Shown here: piece by piece, positions 40,189-50,528 of the stretch
Layout: every line of letters begins with the position of its first letter
Numbering within the stretch: the stretch's first letter is position 1
Assembly: GCA_965216755.1 (NCBI GenBank)
Contig: CBDCGL010000011.1
Span: forward strand, 640,001-704,000
Reading direction: 5' to 3'
DNA: 64,000 nt
Source of the DNA: Alphaproteobacteria bacterium
GTDB taxonomy: Bacteria > Pseudomonadota > Alphaproteobacteria > UBA7887
Notes under the pieces: generated by a model
Database searches by the model: none
Seen by the model: the letters and a program-made list of their open reading frames with translations, nothing else
What the model was told of the DNA's origin: nothing
Program-made: the position numbers and the translations under genes

Positions 40189-41057
40189 CTATAAGCCTGA
40201 TAGGAACGATCTCAGATCGGCATTGAACCGTGCCGCATCCTCGATGAAGGGCGCGTGGCCCATATCGTCGTAAATGATTCGCCGGGCAACGCCGCCGCCG
40301 GTCTGGATGTGTTCCTTCACAATTTCGGTCGACCGGGGCAAGACATGCTGGTCTTTTGCACCGTGTATCAGCAGCGTCGGCACGGTGAGTTTTTTGCAAG
40401 GTCGTCGTATGGTCCTGTGGTCCCCCGATCGTGAATCGGTCCACCACCATCGCGCGACGCTCATACGGGTGCGTTTGCAGAGTGTAACCGAGCGCTTCGC
40501 CTGCCAATGCTTTCGGCAGCGGTGCGGCGGGAACCATGTCTAAGAAACGGACCGTTCCATCCAATTGCCGTTGATAGGTGCCGCAGGCCTTGGCGGCTTC
40601 ACAGCCATCGAGGTCGGCGCCCGGTGGCCCCGCCGGAATTCCAGCCATGGGCCCGGTGTTCTCGACCACGCCTGGGCCCAAGCACGGGTTCGGGACCACC
40701 GGCGTCTGGCGGCCGCAGGTCGAGATTGTAGCCGGTTGCCACGAACACCAAGGCCGGCAGGTTGTCTTGACCATGCGTCTGCACGTAGTCCAGCAGCGGC
40801 AAGCCACCATAGGACCAACCAACCAGCACGACATCCCTGAGGTTCTTTGCGATCATGACTGCCGCGCTCTGTGAAAACCCATGAACAAACAAAATAGCGG
40901 GCCCCGCGGTTTCGCCGCTCTCGATCACGGAGAGCGTTAGGCCATCGGCTGTTTCAACAAGTGAAGGGCGAAGTCCATTCAAACGCTCAGCGTGGGCGGT
41001 CGCGCTCAATACCACAAGGAATATGGCGAGTAAGGCCGCCATGTTTGCGTGGTTCAT
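40189..41057 (-). pseudogene. Disrupted secreted alpha/beta hydrolase (non-heme haloperoxidase-like)
   Basis: HGFSQ, GWSYGG and GHAPF motifs split over three frames; apparent in-frame deletion after HGFSQSAAV. Confidence 0.75.
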
Positions 41058-41149
41058 CTATCGTCTCCCGACGCGGAAGTTCCAAGGCATATGACAGGCT
41101 ATTCCTATGAATTCGGCAATCGCTATGATTAGCGATAGAGAAGCGAGGC

Positions 41150-42151
41150 ATGATCAAAGTGAATGCACAGGAAATGAAGGATTTGGCCTTCGTGGTCCAT
41201 GAATTGGCGTAACCAGACGATTGTCCAATATTGGCACGTCGGAGGTTATCGGAACGCCTCCTATCGCTGTTCAGAGCGGATTTTCTCGGACAGACAAGAT
41301 GGAACGATGACAAGAACGCCTATGAGAAACCCCTGTGTTACAATCGTGACCAAGCAATGGATTGGAAGTATGAAGTCTACTACCAATATTGCGACCCGAT
41401 ATCGCAATCTATAAGAAACCGACAAGTTGCTACGACAACCTACGAAGTCATGACACGGGTCGAACCGGAACAAACGGAGTACTATTGTGACTTCTTGAGG
41501 CGCCATGACGTCACGCACGGTATTGATCAATATTTATACTATGATAACCCAATAATTGGTGACTTACGTATCTGGCGCCAGTCCGCCGATCATGTCTTTA
41601 CGAGGCGCGAGAAGCAGTTATTGCATGCTTTGCGTCCCATGCTCACAAACGCTTACCGTACTGTGCTAAGTGGTGATGCGTTGGAGGCCGCGGTTCGCGG
41701 TAGCGAGGTCATGGCTATCGCAATTTCAGCGGACTATCGGCGATATGAGTGCTCACCTGCGCTTATTCGCTGGATTGGCCGGCAGGTCCACGTCAATGAA
41801 CGGTCATTGAAGAACGGCGTTATGGCGGCGGTCATGCGCGGTCGCTCAGAAGTCACACACCGCCATTACCATGTTTCCATCAATTGGCGAAATGTCGCTT
41901 CTTCCTCCCAATGCGCCATGATGTGCACGGTCACGCCCATTGGCGGTACCGTTCATTCGATGCGTCTGACGCCACGGGAAAGAGACGTGGCGGCGCTGGT
42001 CGCGCGCGGCATGACAGATCGCCAGATTTCCGACCAATTGGAGATCTCATTTTGGACTGTCCGAACGCACGTGGGCGGCCTGTTGCGCAAACTCGGTGCC
42101 CGAAACCGGGTCGAAGTTGCTTACCGGATGCTGCGCGATGATCGTCTGTGA
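41150..42151 (+). pseudogene. LuxR-family HTH regulator with in-frame TAA at codon 21 (or intact from TTG 41231)
   Basis: C-terminal LTPRERDV...ISFWTVRTHV HTH. SD GAGG plus ATG 41150 is in frame with the 41231 ORF, interrupted by TAA at 41210-41212. Confidence 0.65.
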
Positions 42152-42803
42152 GTTCCCTGTCGCGCAATTGCCGTGGGCGCTCGTCGCGACCGCACACCGG
42201 TCTCCATTCTCCGGGCCAAAATGGCCGCTGAAGCCGTTCACCAATGCTCATGTCTGTCAATGAATTGGTGTTAATCTATACAAACATATCATAAACATAG
42301 CAAGCTGGCTCCCTTTGGTGATTTCGCATGGTTTGAGAAATTTAGTCTGTCACGCGCGCGAAGTGTAAATGGGCTATTGGATAAGACGCGTTTGGCGTCT
42401 GGCGCTGCAGGGATACGCGGCAGTCTTGTAAGTTAGAGCTAAATGCAAATTGCATAGGAAGCCAGGCTGTCACAACATACAGGCATGCCTGGAGAGTAGT
42501 TGGTCATTTGTTTTTCTTAGTTACGGATAATAAACATGCAAGTTCTTTCGGACAAAACTGAAAACCATTCGAGAAATATGGTTTTCTTACTTGTCTCTAC
42601 AAGTACAATTAGTTTATTCGATACGGATATACTTAAAACGAAACTGATGTATATTCTATCGTCCGCCACAATATGGGTTTGATTATAAAGTATCATTTTC
42701 GCGCTTTTCACATGTATTTATGACCTCTTAACTTTTCTCGGTCAGAAATAGCCGGTCATCGCGCAAGTCGATGGCAAGGGTGTTAAGGTCGAGGACGAGG
42801 GTC

Positions 42804-44654
42804 ATGCTGGGATCACAATCTGACGTACGCGAATTAAAGGCGAAGCTCGAGGCTTTGGACAAGTCTCAGGCCGTAATCGAGTTCGACACTGATGGAATAA
42901 TTCTTGCTGCCAATGAAAACTTCCTGAGCGTGATGGGGTATCGGCTTGATGAGATTCAAGGCCAGCACCACAGCATGTTTGTCGAACCCGATGTCAAAAA
43001 CAGTGCCGAATATAAAAGCTTCTGGGAACGACTCCGAAACGGAGAGTATCAGGCCGCGGAATACAAACGTATTGGCAAAGGCGGCAAGGAAATCTGGGTC
43101 CAGGCGTCTTACAATCCCATCCTCGACTCAGGCGGGCGTCCCTACAAAGTGGTGAAGTTTGCCGCCGATATTACGGACCAGAAGCTTCGCGCTGCCAGTT
43201 TTGAAGGTCAAATCGCAGCGATCAACAGATCTCAGGCTGTCATCGAGTTTGAAACAGATGGCACGATTGTCACGGCCAATGAGAATTTCCTTAACACCCT
43301 GGGCTATCGACTTGAAGAGATTCAAGGCCAGCATCACAGGATGTTTGTGGACGCATCCGAACGGGCCGGCGCCGATTATGCGCATTTTTGGCAGAGCCTG
43401 GGACGCGGTGAATATCAATCAGGGGAATACAAGCGCATTGCCAAGGGCGGTAAAGAGATTTGGATTCAAGCCTCTTACAACCCCATTTTCGATCTCGGCG
43501 GTCGACCGGTCAAAGTGGTGAAATTCGCGACCGATATTAGCGATTCGAAACGCCGCGCCGCGGACTATGAAGGTCAAATCGCCGCAATTGGCAAATCCCA
43601 AGCAGTGATCGAGTTCAAAGTCGACGGCACCATACTCAATGCCAACGAAAACTTTCTCAACGCCCTAGGATACAGCCTACAGGAAATTCAGGGCCAACAT
43701 CACCGCATGTTTGTTGACCCTGAATATCGCAATAGTGTCGAGTATGCGCAGTTCTGGCAGGCCCTCGCGCGCGGCGAGTACCAGGCGGCCGAGTACAAGC
43801 GAATTGGAAAAGGCGGCAAGGAAATCTGGATTCAGGCTTCCTACAACCCCATTCTTGATCTCAATGGTCAGCCCTACAAAGTCGTGAAATATGCGACGGA
43901 TGTGACGGCGGAAGTCCTGGAAAGACAACGACGCGCCGAAATCCAAAAAGAAATTGATATCGATCTAACGACCATGGCAAACGGGATCGCTGAAGTGGCA
44001 CAACGGGCGACGGCAGCGGCAGATGCTACGAATGAGACCTCCGGTAACGTGCAGGCTGTGGCGGCCGGTGCCGAGGAACTCGCTGCGTCGTTTAGCGAGA
44101 TATCGCGACAGGTCAACCAAGCGACCGAGATCACCACGGACGCCGTCCAAAAAGCTGAGCGCACAAACGAAATCGTATCGGGTTTGGCTGAGGCCGCGCA
44201 AACCATTGGCAATGTTGTCAATTTGATCAACGACATTGCATCGCGCACCAACCTTCTCGCGCTCAACGCGACGATCGAAGCGGCGCGGGCCGGCGACGCG
44301 GGCAAGGGCTTTGCTGTGGTGGCCAGTGAAGTGAAAGACCTGGCCAATCAAACCGCCAAAGCGACCGACGAGATCAGCACGCAAATCAACAATGTTCAGG
44401 GTGCCACCGAAGAAGCGGTCGGCGGGATCCAGGCAGTCGGTAGCGTTGTCGAGAACATCCGCGAAATCTCCACGACAATCGCCGCAGCAGTCGAGGAGCA
44501 GTCTTCTGTCACGGCGGACATATCGGCGAACATGCAAAGTGCCACCGGTGCGGTTGGGGGCGTGTCGACCGACGTCAACGAAATCGCCGAAGCAACGCGC
44601 CGCGTGGACGAGACGACCCGCAAAGTCAAGGAAACGTCGCAAGCATTGGCATAG
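42804..44654 (+). CDS. Soluble methyl-accepting chemotaxis protein with three PAS-PAC domains (BdlA-like)
   Basis: Three SQAVIEF...WIQASYNPI repeats; [34 protein letters not shown]; no TM. Confidence 0.95.
   Translation: MLGSQSDVRELKAKLEALDKSQAVIEFDTDGIILAANENFLSVMGYRLDEIQGQHHSMFVEPDVKNSAEYKSFWERLRNGEYQAAEYKRIGKGGKEIWVQASYNPILDSGGRPYKVVKFAADITDQKLRAASFEGQIAAINRSQAVIEFETDGTIVTANENFLNTLGYRLEEIQGQHHRMFVDASERAGADYAHFWQSLGRGEYQSGEYKRIAKGGKEIWIQASYNPIFDLGGRPVKVVKFATDISDSKRRAADYEGQIAAIGKSQAVIEFKVDGTILNANENFLNALGYSLQEIQGQHHRMFVDPEYRNSVEYAQFWQALARGEYQAAEYKRIGKGGKEIWIQASYNPILDLNGQPYKVVKYATDVTAEVLERQRRAEIQKEIDIDLTTMANGIAEVAQRATAAADATNETSGNVQAVAAGAEELAASFSEISRQVNQATEITTDAVQKAERTNEIVSGLAEAAQTIGNVVNLINDIASRTNLLALNATIEAARAGDAGKGFAVVASEVKDLANQTAKATDEISTQINNVQGATEEAVGGIQAVGSVVENIREISTTIAAAVEEQSSVTADISANMQSATGAVGGVSTDVNEIAEATRRVDETTRKVKETSQALA
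42860..43915 (+). repeat. Intragenic triple repeat (366-bp period) encoding PAS-PAC
   Basis: Near-identical KGGKEIW-coding blocks at about 43077, 43443 and 43809. Confidence 0.85.
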
Positions 44655-44862
44655 CCTGGCGGCGGCCCACCAGCCCGAATGGGTCTACAGCAGCGACGCA
44701 TCAACAGAGATGGCGGTGCGGCATGCGGTCAAGCCTTTGATGGCTTGGCACCATGCCGGCTGCTGTCTCTGTATGATATTCGCGCCACGCAGAGGCGCGG
44801 CTCAATGAGGGTCACGCCTGTGGTCAACGATGATCTGACGGCTTTGAACTTGGCGGCCAAAA

Positions 44863-44939
44863 TGGTCGGAGTGAGTGGATTCGAACCACCGGCCCCTGCC
44901 TCCCGAAGACAGTGCTCTACCAGGCTGAGCTACACTCCG
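44863..44939 (-). tRNA. tRNA-Pro(CGG)
   Basis: CGGAGTGTAGCTCAGCCTGGTAGAGCACTGTCTTCGGGAGGCAGGGGCCGGTGGTTCGAATCCACTCACTCCGACCA; 77 nt with encoded CCA. Confidence 0.97.
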
Positions 44940-45021
44940 GCCGTCGCGGCGATAGATGCGAATTTGAGCTTAGGCGCGCTCTTATAACGGCTGCGAAGAC
45001 GCAGGGCAAGATCGGCCGGCA

Positions 45022-46017
45022 TTAACCCGGGCTGGGCTTGTTGGCGACCATTTGGTCGTGGATCCATTGGTATGTTTTCTCCAGACCGACCTCCAGCGTG
45101 ATACTTGGGGCCCAGCCAAGAACCCTTTGGATCAGTGTGTTATCGCTGTTGCGCCCGCGTACGCCCTTGGGCGCGTCCAATTTATAGCGGCGGTCCAGCG
45201 TGATGCCGGCGATTCCCTCGACAATGTCGACCAACTGGTTGATTGTCACCAGCCTGTCGCTGCCAACATTGAGCGGCTCGGTAAAGTCGCTTTGCATGAC
45301 GCGATCGGTCCCAAAGAGGCAGTCGTCGATATACATGAAACTGCGGGTTTGCTCGCCGTCTCCCCAAATTTCGATTTGATGGTTGCCGCTCAGTTTGGCT
45401 TCGATGACCTTGCGGCAAATCGCTGCCGGGGCCTTTTCGCGACCGCCGTCAAACGTGCCGTACGGCCCATAAACATTGTGATAACGCACGATACGCGTTT
45501 CCAAGCCGAAATCCTCTGTGAAATGCCGGCACATGCGTTCACTGAACAGCTTTTCCCAGCCATAGCCGTCCTCGGGCATGGCAGGATAGGCATCGCTTTC
45601 TTTGAGCGCCACGACGTCGGCGCTGGTCTGTTTTTCGGCTGCGTACACGCACGCGGACGACGAATAGAGAAAGCGCTTGGCGCCGCAGTCTCGGGCCGCC
45701 ATCAGCATGTGGGTGTTGATGAGAACCGACAGCATGCAGTCTGCTTTGTGGGTTTCGATAAACCCCATGCCGCCCATATCGGCCGCCAAATTGAACACCT
45801 GGTTGACCCCCTCGCTGGCCGCGTAACAATCCGCTTTGTCACGCAGGTCAGCCTGGATGCTTTCCGCCCCTTCACAGACCTGATACCACGCTGACAAGTG
45901 TTTGATATCGACCGCGCGGACGCGTTCATAGCCCTTTTTCAGCAGATCAGCGACCAGATGCCCGCCGATAAATCCGCCGGCGCCGCCGACCAGGATCAAG
46001 TCATTCTTATCCGCCAT
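45022..46017 (-). CDS. NAD-dependent epimerase, GDP-mannose 3',5'-epimerase-like
   Basis: GAGGFIG, AADMGGMGFI, SSACVY, YGWEK, GGREKAPAA and GVRGRNSDN motifs. Confidence 0.88.
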   Translation of the reverse strand: MADKNDLILVGGAGGFIGGHLVADLLKKGYERVRAVDIKHLSAWYQVCEGAESIQADLRDKADCYAASEGVNQVFNLAADMGGMGFIETHKADCMLSVLINTHMLMAARDCGAKRFLYSSSACVYAAEKQTSADVVALKESDAYPAMPEDGYGWEKLFSERMCRHFTEDFGLETRIVRYHNVYGPYGTFDGGREKAPAAICRKVIEAKLSGNHQIEIWGDGEQTRSFMYIDDCLFGTDRVMQSDFTEPLNVGSDRLVTINQLVDIVEGIAGITLDRRYKLDAPKGVRGRNSDNTLIQRVLGWAPSITLEVGLEKTYQWIHDQMVANKPSPG

Positions 46018-46071
46018 GCGAACTGATTCCTCTGCTTTCCGTACGGTGTTATTCGGTGTCGTGGGCGTGAC

Positions 46072-46941
46072 TTAAAAGGCGCGTGTTTCGCGCCGCCGCA
46101 GGCCGACGCTATCCAGCGCCATATAGAGCAAGAACAGCGGCACGATGGTCAAATAGCGCCGCCAGAGGCGCCGCGGTTCCGTGATCAGCCGGTAGAGCCA
46201 CTCGAACCCGCCGCGTTGAATCCAACGGGGCGCTTGGGTTTTCGCGCCCGACAAGAAATCAAACGCGGCACCAACCCCGATCATGGCCGCGGCGTCGATT
46301 CGGCCCGCGTGATCGGCCATCCAGTATTCCTGTTTCGGCGTGCTCAGCCCCACCCACACGAAATCAGGCCCTGATTCATTGATCTGCCGGACCACGGCAT
46401 CATCCTCATCCGGTGTCAATGGCCGAAAGGGTGGCGAATAGGCGCCGACAATCTCGATGCCGGGGTACGTCTTGCGCAGGGCGTTGGTGAGTTTCTCAGG
46501 CACATCGGGCGCGCCGCCGTACAAAAAATGGCGGTAGCCCTTGGCGGCCGAGATCTCGCATATGGCTGTCATCAGATCGGGACCATAGACGCGGCCAACG
46601 TGCCGCTGCTTCTTTAACCAATTGACCCAGACCATCGGCATGCCATCGGGTGTCACCAGACCGGCCTGGTTAAAGATTCGGCGCAGCTTGGGGTCGGTCT
46701 GGCTTTCAATCACGCCATGCACGCCGGTGACGCAGACATAGTGTTTTTGGCCGCTGGTGACCCAGTGGTCCATGGTCGACAACGCCATGTCCATATTGAT
46801 TGCGCTGACCCCCACGCCAAGAATATCGACACGCTCGGGGGTCACGATTGTCGCTCGCACATTTCTTGATCCAGTTCGCAAGGGGCTGTTCGGCGGTGGA
46901 ATCGGGCGTGAGTACATATTCGAAGCGGTCGACGGGAACAT
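46072..46941 (-). CDS. WecB/TagA/CpsF family glycosyltransferase
   Basis: PDGMP, GPDLM, VWVGLSTPKQE, GVGAAFDF and EPRRLWRRY motifs. Start uncertain. Confidence 0.92.
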   Translation of the reverse strand: MFPSTASNMYSRPIPPPNSPLRTGSRNVRATIVTPERVDILGVGVSAINMDMALSTMDHWVTSGQKHYVCVTGVHGVIESQTDPKLRRIFNQAGLVTPDGMPMVWVNWLKKQRHVGRVYGPDLMTAICEISAAKGYRHFLYGGAPDVPEKLTNALRKTYPGIEIVGAYSPPFRPLTPDEDDAVVRQINESGPDFVWVGLSTPKQEYWMADHAGRIDAAAMIGVGAAFDFLSGAKTQAPRWIQRGGFEWLYRLITEPRRLWRRYLTIVPLFLLYMALDSVGLRRRETRAF

Positions 46942-47131
46942 GCGGACGACGCTACGACGTTCCTATAGCCTTAATATATTGGCTGCGCACCCCGCTGACA
47001 AAAATCAGGCGAGGTGACTGGCCGCCGGATCAACAGGCCGGCGCCTGAGGCGCTGATCACCGCGCCACAAAATCATAGCCGGCCGACATGTTATACCGAC
47101 ATAAGTGCGACGATTATGCGACGGAGCTTTC

Positions 47132-48112
47132 GTGAAGATCCTGTTTGTCAGCTACACCCGCGTCGGCGATGCCGTGCTTTCGACCGGCGTGCTGAGTGCG
47201 CTCGTCGCACGTTATCCCGATGCTGCCATCACCGTCGCTTGCGGTCCGGTCGCGGCGCCTTTGTTTACTGCCGCGCCCGGCGTGGTGCGGGTTATCCCGA
47301 TGGCCAAGCGCCCGTGGGCAGGCCATTGGCGCGAGCTCTGGCGCGTATGCGTGCGGACTCGCTGGGACTTGGTCGTCGACCTGCGCGATTCGGCGATCAG
47401 CTATTTGGTTCGGGCCGGCGCGCGTAAAGTGCTGCGGGGCAAGGGCGCGAATGTGCATCGCATCGTGCGCCTTGGCGCTTTGCTGGGTCTTGATCCGCCA
47501 CCGGCGCCAAGATTGTGGATCACAGAGGATGCGGTACGCCGAGCGTCGGCGCTGCTGCCAACGGCAAGAGTGGTGTTGGCGCTGGGGCCGACCGCCAACT
47601 GGCGCGGCAAGCAATGGCCGGCCGATCGATTTGCGGATCTCGCGCAACGGCTGACGGCGAAGGACGGCTTGCTCCCGGGGGCGCGTGTCGCGGTATTTGG
47701 CGCACCGGGTGAAGGGCAAGCCGCTGCCCCTGTTTTCAACGGTGGGCGAGGGGATGAGGTTATTGACCTTGTCGGCAAGACCGACCTTTTGACCGCTTAT
47801 GCCGTGCTGCGGCGGTGTGCCATGTTCATCGGCAATGATTCGGGACTGATGCATCTGGCCGCCGCCGCCGGCATCCCGACGCTCGGCCTGTTTGGCCCCA
47901 GCCGAGAGCAAAACTATGCGCCCTGGGGGCCGCGCGCCGCATTCGTGCGTACGCCTGAAAGTTATGACACACTCGTGGGCGGCGAGGGCTATGACCATCG
48001 CACAACCGACACGCTGATGGGCGGATTGACGGTCGATATGGTGTCCGCCGCGGCCCGTGGTTTGTGGCTGCGATGCGACAGCGAGGACGTAGAGGTGGAA
48101 ACGGGTGAGTGA
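47132..48112 (+). CDS. Glycosyltransferase family 9 (heptosyltransferase-like)
   Basis: RVGDAVL, KQWP, DLVGKTDL and GNDSGLMHLAAA.G.PTLGLFGP motifs. Confidence 0.9.
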   Translation: MKILFVSYTRVGDAVLSTGVLSALVARYPDAAITVACGPVAAPLFTAAPGVVRVIPMAKRPWAGHWRELWRVCVRTRWDLVVDLRDSAISYLVRAGARKVLRGKGANVHRIVRLGALLGLDPPPAPRLWITEDAVRRASALLPTARVVLALGPTANWRGKQWPADRFADLAQRLTAKDGLLPGARVAVFGAPGEGQAAAPVFNGGRGDEVIDLVGKTDLLTAYAVLRRCAMFIGNDSGLMHLAAAAGIPTLGLFGPSREQNYAPWGPRAAFVRTPESYDTLVGGEGYDHRTTDTLMGGLTVDMVSAAARGLWLRCDSEDVEVETGE

Positions 48113-48132
48113 CATCCGACAATGCGGTCGTT

Positions 48133-48224
48133 ATTTCGGTGACAGTTTACTAAATACACCATATATAGATGATATTAGATCGATTATACTATATATTGCG
48201 TATTTAGTAAACTGTCACCGTAAT
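48133..48224. repeat. AT-rich long inverted repeat (REP/REPIN-like)
   Basis: CGGTGACAGTTTACTAAATACACCATATATAG-N20-CTATATATTGCGTATTTAGTAAACTGTCACCG: 21-bp perfect arms, 30/32 overall. Confidence 0.85.
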
Positions 48225-49798
48225 GTGCGGGGCAGCGCGATAACGAATGTCGCGCCCGGCCCGCCGGGCCGAAAGGCGATACGGCCTTTGTGGGTTTTCA
48301 GCATCGATCGAACGATGCCCAAACCCATGCCTGTGCCACCGCATTCGCGTCGTGTCGTAAAGAACAAATCGAAGATCCTCTCCGCGTTACCTGCCGATAT
48401 GCCAGTGCCATTGTCACGCACCGTGACCACAACCTCGCCATCGCGGCTCGTAGCCCGTAGCGTGACGTGGTCGGCCTGGTGCTGGCGCGCGTTGTCTATC
48501 AGGTTCGAGAAAACCACCGTCGCATTTTCCTGAGCCATGGCGATGTGGGCACCTGAGTCGCCGGCCACATCGATCGTAAGGTCTGGGTGAGCGTCGCGCA
48601 TTTGGGCGGCGATGTTGGCGATGGTCGTGATGCCCTCGCGCTGTGGATTGTCGGCGATCGCCAACACGCGCAGGCGGTCGACCAGTTGCGTCAGCCGCCG
48701 CGTATCGCTCATGATGTTGTCGAGAAACATCGCGCGGCGTTCGGCGGACATAGTGGCGCCCGAATCCCGCAGTAACTCCGCGGCGCCCTGAATAGACGTG
48801 AGCGGCGACTTGAGCTCGTGGGAAACGTGAGAGGCGAAACTGCTGATATAGTCGGCACGCTCCGACAATGTGTCCGACATTGCCAAAAAAGCCTGTGACA
48901 ATTCGACAATCTCGCGGCTGCCGTGGCGCTTGAGGGGTGATATGGCGGCCCGTTCGCCGCGTCCGATAAGGGCGGTTCGCCGGATCAGCTCGTGGATGGG
49001 CCCGGTGATGGCGCGCGAGAAAATAAAGGCGATGGCAACGGTCACGGCAAACACGAACAAGGCAGCCAAGAGCACTTGGTGCCGCTGCTGGTAGAGCTGC
49101 CGCAATATGTTGCTCGGCGTCCGAGAGCTGTAGATGACGCCGATGACATGGTCTTCGACGATCACGGGCGTTGCGACGAATACACGGATTTCTGTGCCGC
49201 GGCTCACCGATTTCACAGGCGGACGCGGTTGGTCTGTCATCCGGTGGCGCAGGGCGCTGGCGTGGGATCCATTGAGCGCCGCGTCGACCTCTGGCACATG
49301 GGCCAGTGATTGTCCGATCTCCGCACGGCCGGCAATGACGGTGCCGTTCGGATCGAGGATTCGAAATCCGGCGAGAGTGACATCCTGCGTGCCCCGAATG
49401 AGCGGCCCCATGATCTTGCCGATTTCAGAAAAAGCCGGATGTATTGGCGTCGACGATGGACGTGGATCACCCCGCGGTCCAAGGATCGGATCGCGGGCAA
49501 GGTCAAGCTGGGGAACGATGGGGTGGTACAGCGCCTCGGGATCGGGGCTTAACGTTGCGGGTATGCGGCCGCCGCGGGGCGTATTGATGGTCTGCCGACT
49601 TTTGAACGCTTCCCCCATGGCTGCGGCCAGCACTGCGTTTTGGCCAATCAGCTCGCTTTCGGCTTCATGGATCAGCTGATTTTCCAGCAAGCGGAACAGA
49701 AACAAGCCGGCTAACGGGAGTGTCAGCACAACCATGAGCACGGCCACAACAATCATGCCGAGGGTCGGTCGCCATTTTTGAACTGGTTTGGGAACCAT
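48215..49798 (-). CDS. Sensor histidine kinase (CreC-like)
   Basis: Two TMs, HAMP, SHELKSPLTSI, NLIDNA, DNGTG, FFTT and GTGMGL; TGATG overlap with the regulator. Confidence 0.92.
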   Translation of the reverse strand: MVPKPVQKWRPTLGMIVVAVLMVVLTLPLAGLFLFRLLENQLIHEAESELIGQNAVLAAAMGEAFKSRQTINTPRGGRIPATLSPDPEALYHPIVPQLDLARDPILGPRGDPRPSSTPIHPAFSEIGKIMGPLIRGTQDVTLAGFRILDPNGTVIAGRAEIGQSLAHVPEVDAALNGSHASALRHRMTDQPRPPVKSVSRGTEIRVFVATPVIVEDHVIGVIYSSRTPSNILRQLYQQRHQVLLAALFVFAVTVAIAFIFSRAITGPIHELIRRTALIGRGERAAISPLKRHGSREIVELSQAFLAMSDTLSERADYISSFASHVSHELKSPLTSIQGAAELLRDSGATMSAERRAMFLDNIMSDTRRLTQLVDRLRVLAIADNPQREGITTIANIAAQMRDAHPDLTIDVAGDSGAHIAMAQENATVVFSNLIDNARQHQADHVTLRATSRDGEVVVTVRDNGTGISAGNAERIFDLFFTTRRECGGTGMGLGIVRSMLKTHKGRIAFRPGGPGATFVIALPRTLR

Positions 49799-50496
49799 CA
49801 ATGCGCCGGCGAACAAGGCCCGAGCCGAAAACCGACGCCATGCACCGTTTCGACGGCATTCTCACAACCTTTTTTGCCAAGCTTTGCGCGAATATTTCGG
49901 ATGTGACTATCGATCGTCCGATCCGAAACGTTGATGTTAGACGGATAAGCCGCTGTCATGATCTGCTCACGACTAAATGTCATGCGTGGGCGCGATAGGA
50001 TCGCTTGCAGAATGTTGAATTCTATGGCCGTCAGGGACAGAGACTTGCCATTGAAGCTGGCCGAACGGTGCAGAGGATCCATGCGCAGGGCGCCGATTTG
50101 TAACGGCGTGGGATCGTCGCCATGAGCGATGTGTGGACGCGCGCGCCGCAAGATCACGCCGATGCGGGCCACGAGTTCGCGCGGGCTGAACGGTTTGGTT
50201 ACATAGTCGTCGCCCCCAATCTCCAGACCCAAGATCCGGTCAATTTCATCGTTGCGTGCAGACAGGAAAAGGATGGGTACGTCGGAAGACTTGCGGATCT
50301 GTCGACAAACTTCCAAGCCGTCCATTTCCGGCAAACCGACGTCGAGGACGATCAGCGCCGGCGGCGACACGTCAAAGGCTTCCAGCGCTTCGCGCCCATC
50401 TTTGGCCGTGACCAGGTCAAATCCCGCTTTTTCCAAGGCGAAGCATATAACATCCCGAATATGCGGGTCGTCGTCGACGATTAGAATCCGGTGCAT
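49798..50496 (-). CDS. OmpR-family response regulator (CreB-like)
   Basis: ILIVDDD, VLDVGLP, DDYVTKPF, DRTIDSHIRNIR and ETVHGVGF motifs. Confidence 0.93.
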   Translation of the reverse strand: MHRILIVDDDPHIRDVICFALEKAGFDLVTAKDGREALEAFDVSPPALIVLDVGLPEMDGLEVCRQIRKSSDVPILFLSARNDEIDRILGLEIGGDDYVTKPFSPRELVARIGVILRRARPHIAHGDDPTPLQIGALRMDPLHRSASFNGKSLSLTAIEFNILQAILSRPRMTFSREQIMTAAYPSNINVSDRTIDSHIRNIRAKLGKKGCENAVETVHGVGFRLGPCSPAH

Positions 50497-50528
50497 CAAA
50501 TTAGCTGTCCAACGGCGCGTTGCTCGTC

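Noticed and set aside
42555-42600. Resemblance to the c-di-GMP-I riboswitch (AAACCATTCG)
   Set aside because: Lacks the GCAAA...GACGCAAAG core; better explained as a simple inverted repeat.
47114-48115. 333-aa antisense ORF (likewise 20846-21892 and 45052-45894)
   Set aside because: These mirror well-supported genes on the opposite strand.
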